Assembly: GCA_951406725.2 (NCBI GenBank)
Contig: OX597820.1
Span: 119,102,001 to 119,166,000, forward strand
Direction of reading: 5' to 3'
DNA from: Octopus vulgaris
Lineage: Eukaryota
DNA: 64,000 nt
Part shown: one piece after another, positions 41,140 to 55,978 of the stretch
Layout: every line of letters begins with the position of its first letter
Position numbering within the stretch: position 1 is the stretch's first letter
Program-made: the position numbers and the translations under genes
The notes under the pieces: generated by a model
Told to the model about the DNA's origin: nothing
The model's database searches: none
What the model saw: only the letters and a program-made list of their open reading frames with translations

Positions 41140-41359
41140 TCTTACTCTTTTACTCTTTTACTTGTTTCAGTCATTTGACTGTGGCCATGCTGGAGCACCG
41201 CCTCTAGTCGAGCAAATCGACCCCGGGACGTATTCTTTCTAAGCCTAGTACTTATTCTGTAGATCTCTTATGCCGGAACCGCTAAATTGCAGGGACGTAA
41301 ACACACCAGCATCGGTTTGTCGGGGGACAAACACAGACACACAAACATATACAGACTCA

Positions 41360-41394
<35 letters not shown>

Positions 41395-41636
41395 GTTTAT
41401 TGGCTAAACTGGCAAAATGACCATTCCGAAATATAACAATATATATATATATATACATGCAAATACATATATACGACGGGCTTCTTTCCGTTTCCGTCTA
41501 CCAAATCCACTCACAAGGCTTTGGTTGGCCTGAGGCTATAGTAGGAGACACTTGTCCAAGGTGCCACGCAGTGGGACTGAACCCAGAGCTATGTGGTTCG
41601 TAAGCAAGCTACGTACCACACAGCCACTACTACGCC
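41140..41636 (-). mobile_element. SINE family B with extra sequence in its internal microsatellite
   Basis: Same layout as the other B copies. Confidence 0.85.
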
Positions 41637-41930
41637 TATATGGCTAAAATATTTTTGAGATAAGTAAAGGAAAAAGACGGGAGGTTTAGTGCTTACAGAT
41701 AAAGAAAATTTACGTCTTGATGTTTCCACCGGAAAAGTTTTCATTCTCAGGTATTTCACAATTCTTTGGGAGAGAGAATGATGAAAAAGAATGTCTCGAA
41801 ACCTTACAATAGACATAAAAATACAGCTGGGGATGAGGTATTGAATGTAGAGTCAAGGGATCATACGATGAGAAAAAGATGTGCACAGTTCAGACGAGAG
41901 CGAAAAGATACCGACGTTTATTGAAGTGTA

Positions 41931-42309
41931 AGCACTCCGTCGGTTACGACGACGAGGGTTCCGGTTGATCCGATCAACGGAACAGCCTGCTCGTGAAATT
42001 AACGTGTAAGTAGCTGAACACTCCACAGACACGTGCACCCTTAACGTAGTTCTGGGGGATATTCAGCGTGACACAGAGAGTGACAAGGCCGGCCCTTTGA
42101 AATACAGGTACAACAGAAACAGGAAGTAAGAGTGAGAGAAAGTTGTGGTGAAAGAGTACAGCAGGGCTCACCACCATCCCTGCCGGAGCCTCGTGGACCT
42201 TTAGGTGTTTTCGCTCAATAAACACTCACAACGCCCGGTCTGGGAATCGAAACCGCGATCCTACGACCGCGAGTCCGCTGCCCTAACCACTGGGCCATTG
42301 TGCCTCCAC
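41931..42309 (-). mobile_element. tRNA-derived SINE family D
   Basis: Head shared with family C, distinct tail ending gtcgtaaccgacggagtgc; further copies at 54721 and 60483. Confidence 0.9.
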
Positions 42310-43825
42310 GTTTATCGAAGTAGTGAATGTACCACACCATTAATTGAAAGGGAAGATCTGTTAGAGAGTTTAAAGTCTTCTGGAACTGCTTAAAGTACTC
42401 TTGAACGGGAAGCGTATAAACCTGACCAAGCACACCTTTACACATCGAATCGAAATTGTTATTCAAACAAATTGCTCTACGTCTAATTAGAAATCCACTC
42501 GGGGCTAAGACACGTATCACACGCACACGCGCACGCCACACGGAAGCACATAACTTTTTGTGTGTCTCGCTCCTATACGTTCCTTTCTCTGTCTGTCTGT
42601 CTGTCTCTCATTAACCACGTTCTATATACCTATCGGTAAATTTATTTTTATCTTCTTACGGAAGCTGATGAAGATTTTTTTTTCTGAATTTCGTTTACAT
42701 TGCTTTCTCTGAGAGTCGTATTTTCATTTTCGTTATTCGACGAGAAGAAGTGTTTGTTTGCTTTTAATTAATATTGTATTTCTTAACAAAATTATATATT
42801 GTTATCGACAATATATTTTAAATAAATAAATACGTGTACGAATAAATAAATGAGTAAGTAACTAAGGCAGCTGTATCACCTCCTGAAGCATGAATATACT
42901 TTTCACTTCCACCTCTTTCAGTATACGTGTCACCAAACGTTCTACAAAATATTTATTCTTAGCTTAATTTTACAAAAGTTGCCTCTTGGATCTAATTATT
43001 AATGTATAATTCTGAACTTTGAACATTTAACGTACGTAAATTTCACGAATAGATATATGTAATTTAATTTTTCTTTAAATTTGTTTGTAGATTCCAGAAG
43101 ATTTTAAAGTTTTTGTAAAATTGGGGTATATAAAACTGATAAACATATCTATTCCTGCCTCTCTGCTGACAAAAGAATGGTGAATATATGCAAATTTATG
43201 CATCGAGATTTGCAAGAAATCTGGATCCTTGCCCCAGCGAAATATAAAAATGTATTTTATATTTACTTTGATATATGTACCTTCGAAAATTTTCCTGCTA
43301 TTCCTTTTAATCTGTGATTTATTTATTCATATATTGACCATGCAAAACTTTAATATTCAAATTTATTAGAACTTTGGTTAAACTGTTTACGTTGAATTTT
43401 AGTCGTTATAACTTTAGGATATTACTTTCCAATATATATATAATTCATTCTGCGTGTTGAATATTCTGGCGTAGAAATTTAACGCATATACACATGGTCT
43501 AAGAAATTTTGTGAATTTTCTACTCATCCAAAGAGATTCAGAAGGATATAAAAATTAAAGAAACTATGTTGGTATAAGCATGTGCTCATGGACTGTTGTT
43601 TAGTTTAATGCACGGAAGCGACAGGTTTAGAAATAAGGATAACAACCTCTGTATATGAGCAAACAATCCTCTCACAAGGGACACATTTTAATCTACAGGT
43701 GAATATCATTTCTGCACATATAAAGATATGTATGTATGTATGTGTGTATGTATGTATGTATGTATGTATGTATGTATGTATGTATGTATGTATGTATGTA
43801 TGTATGTATGTATGCATGTATGTAA

Positions 43826-44085
43826 AGGGAAAGTTTACGAAAATGAACAAAAGACGAAGGCAGGTGGAGTACAAACAAACAAATGTATTAGTATAGCACT
43901 CAGGAATAGAAAAATTCTTTTACGTTTCTAGCCTACGCTCTTCGACAGAAAGATACACAGAAAAAAAGGAGAGAAACAAGGAGAGAAAAAATGCGTGTAG
44001 GAGCTAACGATCTATCATGTCGTCCTGACTTCGGACAGTGGTCAGACGCGAGAGGGACAGTAGGGGAAATAACAGGGTCAAGTGA
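43826..44085 (-). mobile_element. PLE terminal-repeat-like element (family H) with variant HHR core
   Basis: Minus strand TCTTT-CTGTCGA-AGAGC-GTAG-GCTA-GAAAC-GTA-AAAGA; similar to 55610-55818, 56895-57050 and 60283-60430. Confidence 0.65.
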
Positions 44086-44204
44086 TTTCCAATATGTATG
44101 TATGTATGTATGTATGTATATATGTATGTATGCGCAGATTTGTATGTTTTATGAATGTATGCCCATGCATATAGTTGCATACCTAGACAAGGTCATATAT
44201 ATTT

Positions 44205-44785
44205 AAATGATAAACGTCTGGAAAATTTTACAGATTTTTACAGTTCCGGTGATGGATTGGATCTATAGTCTTCGAATTAGCTTTCCCCTTACTGGTTCTA
44301 AGAAGCCTAATTTATCAAGATTGGTATTTAGTGCTACGTATTCCAGGGTCCCAATAATTACAGGTATAAATCTTGATAGAGTAACTGCAGATTTCTCAAT
44401 AGTTCACCATAGATGTTCTCATTTTCACTGATTTTCAGCTTTATGTTGGCATCCGCTGGGCAACAAATTTCCACAACAGTGCACAGTTTCTCTTCTCTTT
44501 CCCAAATCATTATATAATGTCTGTTGTGCTTACGTTTTATTGAGGTCTTCACTGGTACAGTCCACCAGTATTCCTTCTAATTATGAGTGGCTATGGCTTG
44601 AAACTTGAAAATAAAGATAAAAATGAAACTGGGGATGAGATATTGAATGTTGAGTCAGCGGGGTCATACAATGCGAAAAAGATGTGCACAGTGTGTGTTC
44701 TTTTTTCTTTGTTCTCTGGATTATCCTTCCGACGGATTTAGTTATAGTGTCCTAGCTACATCATGTAACCGGAATGGAAGAAATG
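44205..44785 (-). mobile_element. RLE-type (R4-like) LINE 3' fragment
   Basis: HDVARTL..IRRKDNPE...EYWW...HNR.YIMIW...CTVVEICCPADANIKLK...YGELLRNLQ...FIPVIIG; ~100-bp insert near 44600-44695 also seen at ~41815-41890. Confidence 0.75.
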
Positions 44786-44789
44786 TGAC

Positions 44790-45450
44790 TTTTTGTGACG
44801 AAATGACTTCCTTAATTCACTCAAAACCATCAGAACGTACTCTTTGTTCACCGTGTGGCAAGTGGGAACTCAGTGGATCTAGATGAGGGACCTGCTGCCA
44901 CAGAAGTGGATGAATATGAGCTTCCCTGCTGACTTGCTTTGCATGGTCTTCTTGGATCTTGGGATCACAGACACTTCCATTAAACACTTTGCCCCTTGGT
45001 CTCTCGACCACTAGAGTAAATCTGGCTTTCGTCACAGGTCACTCGAGACTCAAGTACTCTTGGATTTGAGGAAATGAGCTCAAACATCTCTCTCTTCTCA
45101 ATCAATGCATCTTTCCTGCTCTTCATCTCTTCATCACACAAATCTTGCACAGATCTTCAAAAATATTCAAAAACTCTCTGCGTATTGTCTTTACAGACAT
45201 ACGACAATCTTCAATAAGACAATAGCGAATGTTCTCAACTCATTCTGTTGTTCTCACCTTCCTCTCTCTCGCTTACATCGCTTATCGTCTCTCATCTATC
45301 TACCATTCTTGAATCTCTTGTGCCAGTGTAGAACAGATGCTCAGCGCATTCAAATTAATAAATAAGCATTTCACAGATTTCGCCAGTATTTTTGTCCAGT
45401 TTAACACAAAAATGTATTATACAGAGGTCTTCGAAAATGTCGTCTGGTTC
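44790..45450 (-). pseudogene. Mariner transposase fragment
   Basis: WHKRFKNGR...VTCDESQIY..ETKGQS..W...PRSKK..QSKSAGKL...VP..HTVNKEY..VL.ELR; contains the first catalytic Asp motif; many stops. Confidence 0.8.
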
Positions 45451-45895
45451 CGACTGACTTCTTCGAAGAAGTCATCAGTAACAAGCGGTACTTATCACAT
45501 TTTGTCCAAAGTGCTATTACCGCCATATTCCTCAATTTCTAATAAAAGTCAGTTGCCAGGTCAGCTTATTCAATGCATAGTCATGATATATTAAAAGTAC
45601 AATCTAGAAGAGTTATAGTGTACCCCCCCCCCCCCAAAGTCTTAAAGCTTCTAGAACCCACCCCGTATTTACATGTGTATGCATATTTATATAAATGGAG
45701 ACTGTGTAAGATAAATCTATGATAAAGTCTGTAAAACTAGATACAAAAGACACACACACACATATGAACGAGAAATATTATAAAATGATGTTCAATTTGA
45801 AGTTTTATTATTCTTATGTAAATTTTGCAAGCAGGATTTGCTCGCGTAAGGTTGATATGGAATAATATTTCATAATTTCCTATGTATGGAATTAC

Positions 45896-45972
<77 letters not shown>

Positions 45973-46589
45973 CGAGTGTGTGTTTGCGTGTGTGCACGCA
46001 TTTGTTTGTCTTTTGGGAGAAATAAGAAATAATTTTTATTTACTTTTAGCATTTCTGATATTTCTGATATTTTCCTTGCATATTGTCAATAAGAATTAAA
46101 ATTTTCTAATTTTATTTTTCACTCTCAACCGGAAATATCTTTTTCTCAACAAAACTTCCTTTGTTGTTGCAGTATTAAGTGTTAGACAGATGCAAACTCC
46201 CACAACACAGACACAGACACACACACATACGTACGCACGCACCCACGTACGTACACCACACCCTATTAACTTACACCTGTATTATCGCCCATTTTTTTTT
46301 CGTTGCGTAATCGAATTTCCTTTCTTTTTCAAATTCAAATATGAAAGCAATCCTGCTGTATCCATTCCACAAATAAGAACTCTGTGCATGGTTTTCCGTT
46401 ACTGATACATTCACACATTCACACACTGATGCTACGCACGCACGCACACACACACAGATACACACACACATACACACACATTACCTTAATATGCTCAAAC
46501 GTAAACACATATAAACACATACACAGACACAGACACTCGTACACATATATTTACACACATACTTACGAATTCCACTGTGCACGCATGTG

Positions 46590-46631
<42 letters not shown>

Positions 46632-46678
46632 TAAATGAAAGAATGGAGTCGAAAGAAGATTTTAACAAAATTCCTTTA

Positions 46679-46761
46679 CTCTCAACACAAGTTTCGAAGA
46701 CTGCATACTCTTAATTCCGAAGGAATAAAGGGTGCATTATGCCATCTTCTCATCAGGAAAG
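46679..46761 (-). ncRNA. Type I hammerhead ribozyme motif, long stem II family (second copy)
   Basis: Minus strand CTTTC-CTGATGA-GAAGATGGCATA...TATGCAGTCTTC-GAAAC-TTGT-GTT-GAGAG. Confidence 0.7.
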
Positions 46762-47008
46762 ACATGGAACCTCTATCAGCCTCAAGACGAACAAAAACTT
46801 TTTGATGACTGCCTACATGGTGTTCACAGTGATAATGTTCGACTCCATTCTTTCATTTATTCATATAAAAAAGACACACAAATTTCCACACAAGAACACG
46901 GAGTTTCTACCCTTGGCATGTAGCTTCAACCGTGTTTTCTGACGTGAATTTGCTACCCAGGTATCGATTAACCGAATTATCCATACTAGGATAATTCATT
47001 CACCTACT

Positions 47009-47225
<217 letters not shown>

Positions 47226-48303
47226 CACAAAGACAATTAAGAGAAAAACTTGCACTGGAAAAAATGAAGACAGAAATAGAACTCCCTTAAGCTTAGAGCA
47301 ATAAGCAATGAACAAAAAGTTAAAAACATAGATGAGGAGATTTACAACGGATTAAAGAAACTTACGGACGGTCCCCGCTTGGAAAGTGTTTTTAAACTAT
47401 GGAAAACAACTTGCGTGGATGAAGAAACTAACTCCTTACAACGTTGGGAAAAACAAGCCAATTTCTTTAATAACTACGAAACTCAGTTTAACATAGAAAG
47501 CGCATCGGATAACCCCTTCCTGAAGAAAAATAAACCAAAAACAGACACAGAAATGATCCCACGTGTATTAAACACAAACCACAGACGGTCTAGGGGACGC
47601 AACTCAACCTTCTTTAACTCTCTTATTCCCCCAAATAACTATCAAACAACTACCCATAATTCAACCCACAGGAGTAAATCTAGACTTAATCTTCAAAGTA
47701 TCCCACATACAAACCAAAGTTAAGTTTTGGTGAACCAATTCCTACCAGGAAGAACTTACCTCCGAGACTTAACCCCCAACACAGCCACTTCAAGCAGTCA
47801 ACGAGACAAAACATGACTAGACAACATAACCTCTCCCTCCAACCATATCACAATATTAAAAATTAATTAAACCCAAACTACATTAGCCACAGACGATATA
47901 ACAACCCTCAGTACAACCATAATCCAGTACACTACCTTTCTGTGTAGTTCTTTCATTAATAGCACCACCTTAATGGCACATTTGCCACGAGCGGATTTGG
48001 TAGTTCTGGAACCTCGACTGGAAGAGAATCAGGTATCAAAAACATTTCTTCAACTTGGCACTCGATCGTCATATGTGGGACTAGAGGCAGTGGCGGTAAA
48101 ATACAGCTATCGAAAACCATAATTCACTCTGATAAAACAGTTTTGATTCAAATAATACAGTAAAGAAACGAAAAATTTCTCTCTGACAACCTAATAAGAT
48201 AGGCGCAAGAACAACGAATATCTGAACGTTGTGTGGAAGCCCGATGAAAAGCTAAAGATTTACATCAAAGAAGCTTTTGAGTTAATATTAAGATTAAAGT
48301 AGA

Positions 48304-48481
48304 ATGTACATTATTTACATTATTTACATTTGACGGATATTTGTCCTCATCTTCTTTTTTGTTAACACAACCTTTTGGTTAATATACTCTCTAGCCTTCA
48401 TCAGGTGTCTTGGGGAAATTTCGTACCTGGATTCCCATTCCTAAGGTATTTTTCTATCTTCTTCTTCTTCTTCTTCTTCTT

Positions 48482-48576
<95 letters not shown>

Positions 48577-48592
48577 CATTTTATTATTATTA

Positions 48593-48629
<37 letters not shown>

Positions 48630-48672
48630 CATTTTATTATTATTATTATTATTATTATTATCATTATCATCA

Positions 48673-48711
<39 letters not shown>

Positions 48712-48713
48712 CA

Positions 48714-48761
<48 letters not shown>

Positions 48762-48762
48762 C

Positions 48763-48793
<31 letters not shown>

Positions 48794-48921
48794 TCACTGT
48801 CTGAAATCGAACTCGGAATGCTGGGGTGAGTAGCTCGCGCTCTTGACCACTACGCCATATCCGTCAAATGTAAAAAGTGTAAATACTATACATAATTCCT
48901 CATCTCTTAGATATAGAATTG
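48304..48921 (-). mobile_element. Composite element G, second copy
   Basis: tRNA-like head at ~48788-48860 (-), (AAT/AAG)n, same tail, short inverted 3' end at ~48858-48921; TSD aaagtagaatgt/aaagtagactgt. Confidence 0.8.
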
Positions 48922-49081
48922 AAAGTAGACTGTGTTTTGTTGTCAATAGCTAATTGGTGGAACTGGAGGGGCACGCAACCATTTCTGTAAGATAATTAAC
49001 AAATTATTTTTATGGATACCGACATGTCCCAGAAACTATCAAAACTGGGGTCTGCAAATAAATGATTGTTATTTATTTATT

Positions 49082-49271
49082 TTTTTACTTGTTTCAGTCA
49101 TTTGATTGTGACCATGCTGGGGTATCTCCTTTAGTCGAGCAAATCGACCCCAGGACTTATTCTTTGTAAGCCTAGTACTTATTCTATCGGTCTCTTTCGC
49201 CGAACCGCTAAGATACGGGGACGTAAACATACCAGCATCGGTTGTCAAGCGTTGTTGGGGGGACAAACACA

Positions 49272-49319
<48 letters not shown>

Positions 49320-49490
49320 CATATATACGACAGGCTTCTTTCAGTTTCCGTCTACCAAATCTACTCACAAGGCTTTGGTCGGCCCGAGGCTATAGCAGAA
49401 GACACTTGTCCAAGGTGTCACGCAGTGAGACTGAATCCGGAACCATGTGGTTGGTAAGCAAGCTACTTACCACACAGTCACTCCTATGCC
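49082..49490 (-). mobile_element. SINE family B
   Basis: Same layout as the other B copies. Confidence 0.9.
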
Positions 49491-50843
49491 TATTGTTAAG
49501 GAATTCTTAGAAAACATCTAGAAATATTGAATATGGGTGTCTATTTTAAGCGTATTGCATAGCCCACACCCTTCCTAAGACACTTTCTAAGGAATATCAC
49601 AGATATCTTTTAAAATGAATAAGTGCAGCAACTCACCCAACAGATATATTTTAGGGTGATTACGAAAAAACACTCTGCTCTATTAAGTAATGCAACACAT
49701 GTGTGTATATAATCAATATTATCGCAAACAAGAATTCATATCATACAAGCAAGTCACCCACACAGCGCTAGTTAACACGATCACCAATCGACATAAAGCC
49801 ATAGAACAACACTCACACATACCGTACGAAGCGTGCTCATTTCCTAACAAAAAGTAATAACTAGTATTTCCCATAAGTTACACAAATACGAAAACAAAAG
49901 TAAAACTAAACAACACCAGATGTGGTATCCGTCTCATGAAACCAGATAATTCATACCATTTTCATCCAGTGTATTGTGTATTTCTTTTAAAACATCTCTA
50001 GATTCTAACAGAAGAAACAGTATAAGTTAGATGTTGTTGATTGGCCAGTGAAGAATCAACGTGATGTTCCATTTTATTTGTAATTTCTATAAAATTACTA
50101 TTTGCCAATGTACACATCAGACGTTGGAAATTTTTATATAGGGCGAGAAAATTCGACATGTTATTGAAATAAACATGTTGCATGGATAAATACGTTGTAA
50201 TAATGAAAATGAAACTCTAAAATGTAATAAAAATAACACAGTAGGCAAAAAGCTGACAACTGGAAAACTTTATAAGAGAAAAGAAAATGGCTGCATTTCT
50301 TGCTTCTGCTACGAGCGCCATTGAACTTGAAAATATATGGGAGATGCCATTGCACATCGTCGGGAAATGGGAGATAGAAGAAAAACATGACGTAGATATT
50401 TACTTGAGAAGCTATGTAAGAAACCTGTTATTATTAGTCATTTAGTCTGTACTCTCTTGCATAGGCTGAAGAAAGTTAATGTTTATCACCGGCACACGAC
50501 ATGTTATATTATCCTTCACTGCTTGTGGGCTTAACGGTCTGCTAAAGAAGACACCGAGATAAATGTGAAGACAGGGAAGAACAGACAAACAGACAGATAT
50601 ATAGTTAGATTGAGAAATGGATAGACACACACTAATTAAACAGTGTATAATATTATTCATATACTGAAACTTCACGTAGATTCACAGAAGAGCTCATACA
50701 CATACACATACATACATACATACATACATACATACATACACACATACATACATACATACATTACATACATACATACATTACATACATACATACATATATA
50801 CATACATACATAGATACATACGTACATACATACATATATACAC

Positions 50844-50876
<33 letters not shown>

Positions 50877-52366
50877 CATACATATATACACACATACATA
50901 CATATATACATACATGCATCGGTATCTACGCACATACATACATACACGTATACACATATTGTGATCACTGTATGCAAATACCACTATATGTGTGTGTGTG
51001 TGTGCATACATGTTTGTGTGCGTGTGTATGCATGTGTGCATGTGTATCTGTATGCATGTGCGCAACACTGTAACGAAGGTTTAGAAGAAAATAACGAGTG
51101 TGATAATGATAAATCGATAGCTAGGTTGATTGAATTTCTGATAAATGGATAGAAATATATATGGCAAGATATCTAGAAAGATAGATATACGATGCACTTG
51201 CGTACGCCCTACTCCTCCATCACACTGGGTACATGCATATATACACAAATATATATATACTCCATGCGTATACATGTATGTACATGCGTGCGTGTATGTC
51301 TGTGTGTCTCTGCGTAAACGTGTGACACTAAATCACAAACTTACCTGTTTAAGAAATGCCTATAATTCTGGTGTTTGTAACCGAAATATAATTAAATATG
51401 TGTTGTTCAATTTACGCTCCGAGAAAACGTCATCCAGAAAAATTAACGTGGCGTAGATTTTGGATCACGGAGTATTCTCATTTAGGTAGTATTAAAGCGA
51501 TAAATCTAAACAAAACCGTCGTTTTGCACGTTCGCAAATGACCAACATTGATAGGTATCATGTGGAAAATATCGTTGCCGATCATATCCCTTAATCACTG
51601 CAACGACCGTTTCCTTGAAAATTCGTTGTCTTTTCGAGCGGAAACTAAAAAGGAGAAGGGAAGTGGCGAGAGGAGATAGAATGCAGAGGTATACAGATTT
51701 TGGAACACTCTACAGGTTCTATTATCGTTATTAAAACAAATAACAGCAACCCAAACGCGAAATGAACCATCAAAATTTTGGCGTGAAACCAAACGCTATA
51801 AGAAGTGTGCTGCGAACGAAGCCTAAAAGCTCGGTAAGTACTTTATTGAATGGTTTAAACACCGAGAAAATGGGAGAGAGAGAACGATAGGATGCGTATG
51901 TGTTTGACAGAGAGGGAAGAGACAAAGAGAAAAAGAGGACAGTTTCTCATATCTATTAAATTTCGTTAATGATAGCCGTTCATAGGCGAGTGTATTAACG
52001 TCTCCATAGCAGAGAGAGAACATTGCAAGCGGCGGATTTAAAAATACCAATTATCAGTTTGTCTATGACAAGAAGGATTACTCGAGGCTGAAGAACAGAA
52101 TGATGCGATACACAAAATAAATGGGTACACACACACACACACACACGCACGCACAAACACACACACACACACACACGCACACACGCACGCACAAACAAAC
52201 ACACACACACATATATATATATATATATGTATATATTTGTGTTTATTTATCAAATGTTATACATATATATGTGTGAGGGTGTATATACACATATATAGAT
52301 ATTTTTATTAGGTATAAAGTAGATCTGGTATAACAATCCAGAGAAATGCATCTCAAAACATGTTTT

Positions 52367-52679
<313 letters not shown>

Positions 52680-52719
52680 GCACATATATACGTATATATA
52701 CAGTTGTGTATATATGTAT

Positions 52720-52750
52720 ACTAACAAGGAATCCCGGCGTTGCCCGGGTG
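52720..52750 (-). mobile_element. Helitron-like 3' terminus
   Basis: Minus strand cccgggcaacgccggg hairpin followed by TTAGT, similar to 35876-35904. Confidence 0.55.
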
Positions 52751-52977
52751 TTATGAGCTAAAACCACATTTGTTGCTTTCTTACGCATAGAATCAACTCA
52801 ATTGATATATATTGAATTGGATCACTGATATAAATGAAATTATTGTTTGTTTAAAAGTGATAGGGTGGGGGTATAATTTGCATGAGTTTGCATGAAAGTG
52901 CTTTCTTTTCTTAAGAAGGATCACAAAGTATGTATTGTTGCATCGTATAAAAGGCAGTTGATATGATTCTGCAACTA

Positions 52978-53041
<64 letters not shown>

Positions 53042-53069
53042 ATCATATGTATAGATAAGTGTGTGTGTA

Positions 53070-53100
<31 letters not shown>

Positions 53101-54720
53101 CATAACATAGATAATATATGTATATGCATATATACATACATATATGTACTCTCATATTTAAAATGTTTGGTTTTGTTCGATATTATTCTCTTCACTTGAT
53201 TCACTTTATTCTCAATGAAATTATAGAAGCATTAAATATCATTTCCCCTCCACGATAATGCCTAATTTCATTGGCCTTTGCTTACTATATTTCGAAGGAA
53301 TTCTCCCATTGGTTAATCTATTAATAAAGGAAATATTATGAACCCAATATCTTGCTTCGAAGTGTCTGACACAGTGCAGGAAGATAGATTTGTTAAAATA
53401 TGCAAAAATTTGTATTTGTAAATATTTTTCAAATATTTGGCTTAAAAAGGATTTCGATTTAGGGTAAGACTCTTTACGTTTATTTCTTGTTCATTTTTTC
53501 TCTCTAATCAAATTTCTTAATCCGCATTCATACACTTAATCCTGTTGCGTGTATCTTAACAACGGCAAGGATATATATCATATTCAATAAGCAAGCATTC
53601 TTATAAATTTCTTTAATCCATTTCACATCCGGGCATGGATTTACCAAGCCTCTAAGGTTTGCGTTCGCTTAAGCCCGTAACCTGTTTAGCAAGCATCATG
53701 ATGAAGTCTACATGAAGTACCAGTAATTTATAGTTCCACCGTCGCCGCTGTCACCGCAAAGAACACCACCACCACCACCACCATCTTTTTTCAGGTCAAC
53801 ATCAATGTAAATTTGATTTTGCGTAGTCTCCAGATAATGTTTTACTCTTATCTGTTTCTATTCTACTTTACGAAAAAGCACTTTACTATTAATGGTCATT
53901 TTACAAATGTATTGAAATTTTTATTAATCAACCTAATTTCTTTTTTGTAGTTGGAGTCGTCTTATTTCTGTTTTCGCCATTTAAAGTAAGAACGCCTCTT
54001 CGTTGGTAATGAAGATAGGAAACGCTATTTTATATTTGGCCCACTAACTTGACTGGCCAACAGCCACGAGAAAATTTAACGCAAGATAAATTTAGATGCT
54101 ATAATTGATATGATTTTTTGGAGTGAAAGATAGATTGGCAACATGTCCATTAATTTTCAAAATACATTTTTAAGGTAATTATATCTTATACCATGATAAT
54201 TACTATACCGTTTAAAGGTTGAAATTAGAAACGGTAGCATAGATTTTTTTGTGGCTGTGACAATGAGCCAAACCACGATGATTGCCTCGTTTTCTTCTTC
54301 CTACGCCGAGACATTCTTTTGTTACCTGTTATGGTATTTTTCAGAGAATTTCTATCATCATTCGAACAAATGATTATAAAGTCTATATCCTTTAACTATT
54401 TGTTCTGCATTTCCAGTCGGGCGAACAAAGAACAGAAGGGACTTTTAAAAATCTAGGTTTGTTAATTCTACCAATAATGCGAAATATAAACATTCTGAAA
54501 AGTGTCATAAGAGGTGAGGAGATTCGCGGAGACAATAAGAATATTGAGATTATAGGGCAGCCTTCATTTGTTGATTCCTCACCACCGTAAAAAAAAAAAA
54601 ATAGAACATCTTTATAATCAGTAAATAAAAATAAGATAAATTAAAATATAAAAGTTACTAAAACTCGAAGAAGATTTTGATTCTGTATTTCATTGGAAGG
54701 ACTTTGTTCATCATAGTAGG

Positions 54721-55089
54721 AGCACTCCGTCGGTTACGACGATGAGGGTCCCAGCTGATACGATCAACGGAACAGCTTGCTCGTGGAATTAACGTGCAAG
54801 TGACTGAGCATTCCACAGACACGTGTACCCCTAACGTAGTTCTCGGGGATATTCAGCGTGACACAGAGAGTGACAAGGCCGGCCCTTTGAAATACAGGTA
54901 CAACAGAAACAGGAAGTAAGAGTGAGAGAAAGTTGTGGTGAAAGAGTACAGCAGGGATCACCACCATCCCCTGCCAGAGCCTCGTGGAGCTTTAGGTGTT
55001 TTCGCTCAATAAACACTTACAACGCCCGGTCTGGGAATCGAAACCGCGATCCTATGACCGCGAGTCCGCTGCCCTAACCACTGGGCCAT
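54721..55089 (-). mobile_element. SINE family D
   Basis: Closely similar to 41931-42309. Confidence 0.9.
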
Positions 55090-55239
55090 AGATGATATAT
55101 AACATGCGAACACCATTTCTCACATCTCACGTCCTGTCAGTGAGGCGAAAAACGCGAGGCGCCTCTTGTTATGTCACACAGCACATAACTCTTTTTGCCA
55201 ATGTGCACATCTCTGTTTTTGTTTTAAACATGAATAGGC

Positions 55240-55395
55240 TTTCGAAGTGTTTCTTTCCTTTTCGTTTCAAACAGAAGTGGAAGAAAATCTGATTAAAAAA
55301 CTGCACAATGTCCCAGAAAAACACGTTAGAGGATCTGTTTAAGATATGGAATAACGAATGGATGATGTATATCAACAGTGGATGGAGTCTTACAA
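55240..55395 (+). pseudogene. Possible mariner transposase C-terminal remnant
   Basis: RFQTEVEENLIKKLHNVPEK... weakly resembles the mariner C-terminus. Confidence 0.35.
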
Positions 55396-55549
55396 TACGA
55401 GGTCTCATAATGATTCGCAACTGAAGTAGTAAGCATGTCCTTTAAGTTCTGTTTCTTTCATATAGTACATACACTCACACGCACACACACAAACACACAC
55501 ATACATACACAAATACGCATATACATACACACACACACATACACACACG

Positions 55550-55609
<60 letters not shown>

Positions 55610-55610
<1 letters not shown>

Positions 55611-55818
55611 TAGATCGCCATGATTGATCGTTAGCCACTACATACATTTTTTTCTCTCCATGTTTCTCTCTTTGTTTTTTTTCTGTGACCCTTTCTGTAG
55701 AAGAGCGTAGGCTCGAAACGTAACAGACTTTTTCTATTCCCTGAGCGTTATACTAATACATCTGTTTGTTTTGTACACCACCTGTCTTCGTCTTTTGTTT
55801 TTTTCGTAAACTCTCCCT
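55610..55818 (+). mobile_element. Family H PLE terminal-repeat-like element
   Basis: CTTT-CTGTAGA-AGAGC-GTAG-GCTC-GAAAC-GTA at 55691-55722. Confidence 0.65.
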
Positions 55819-55898
55819 ATATATATATATAATATGAAGGAATATTATTCCAAACTTACAGGGGAAAATTCAATTTAGAAATAATAAATCAAATTTCA

Positions 55899-55978
<80 letters not shown>

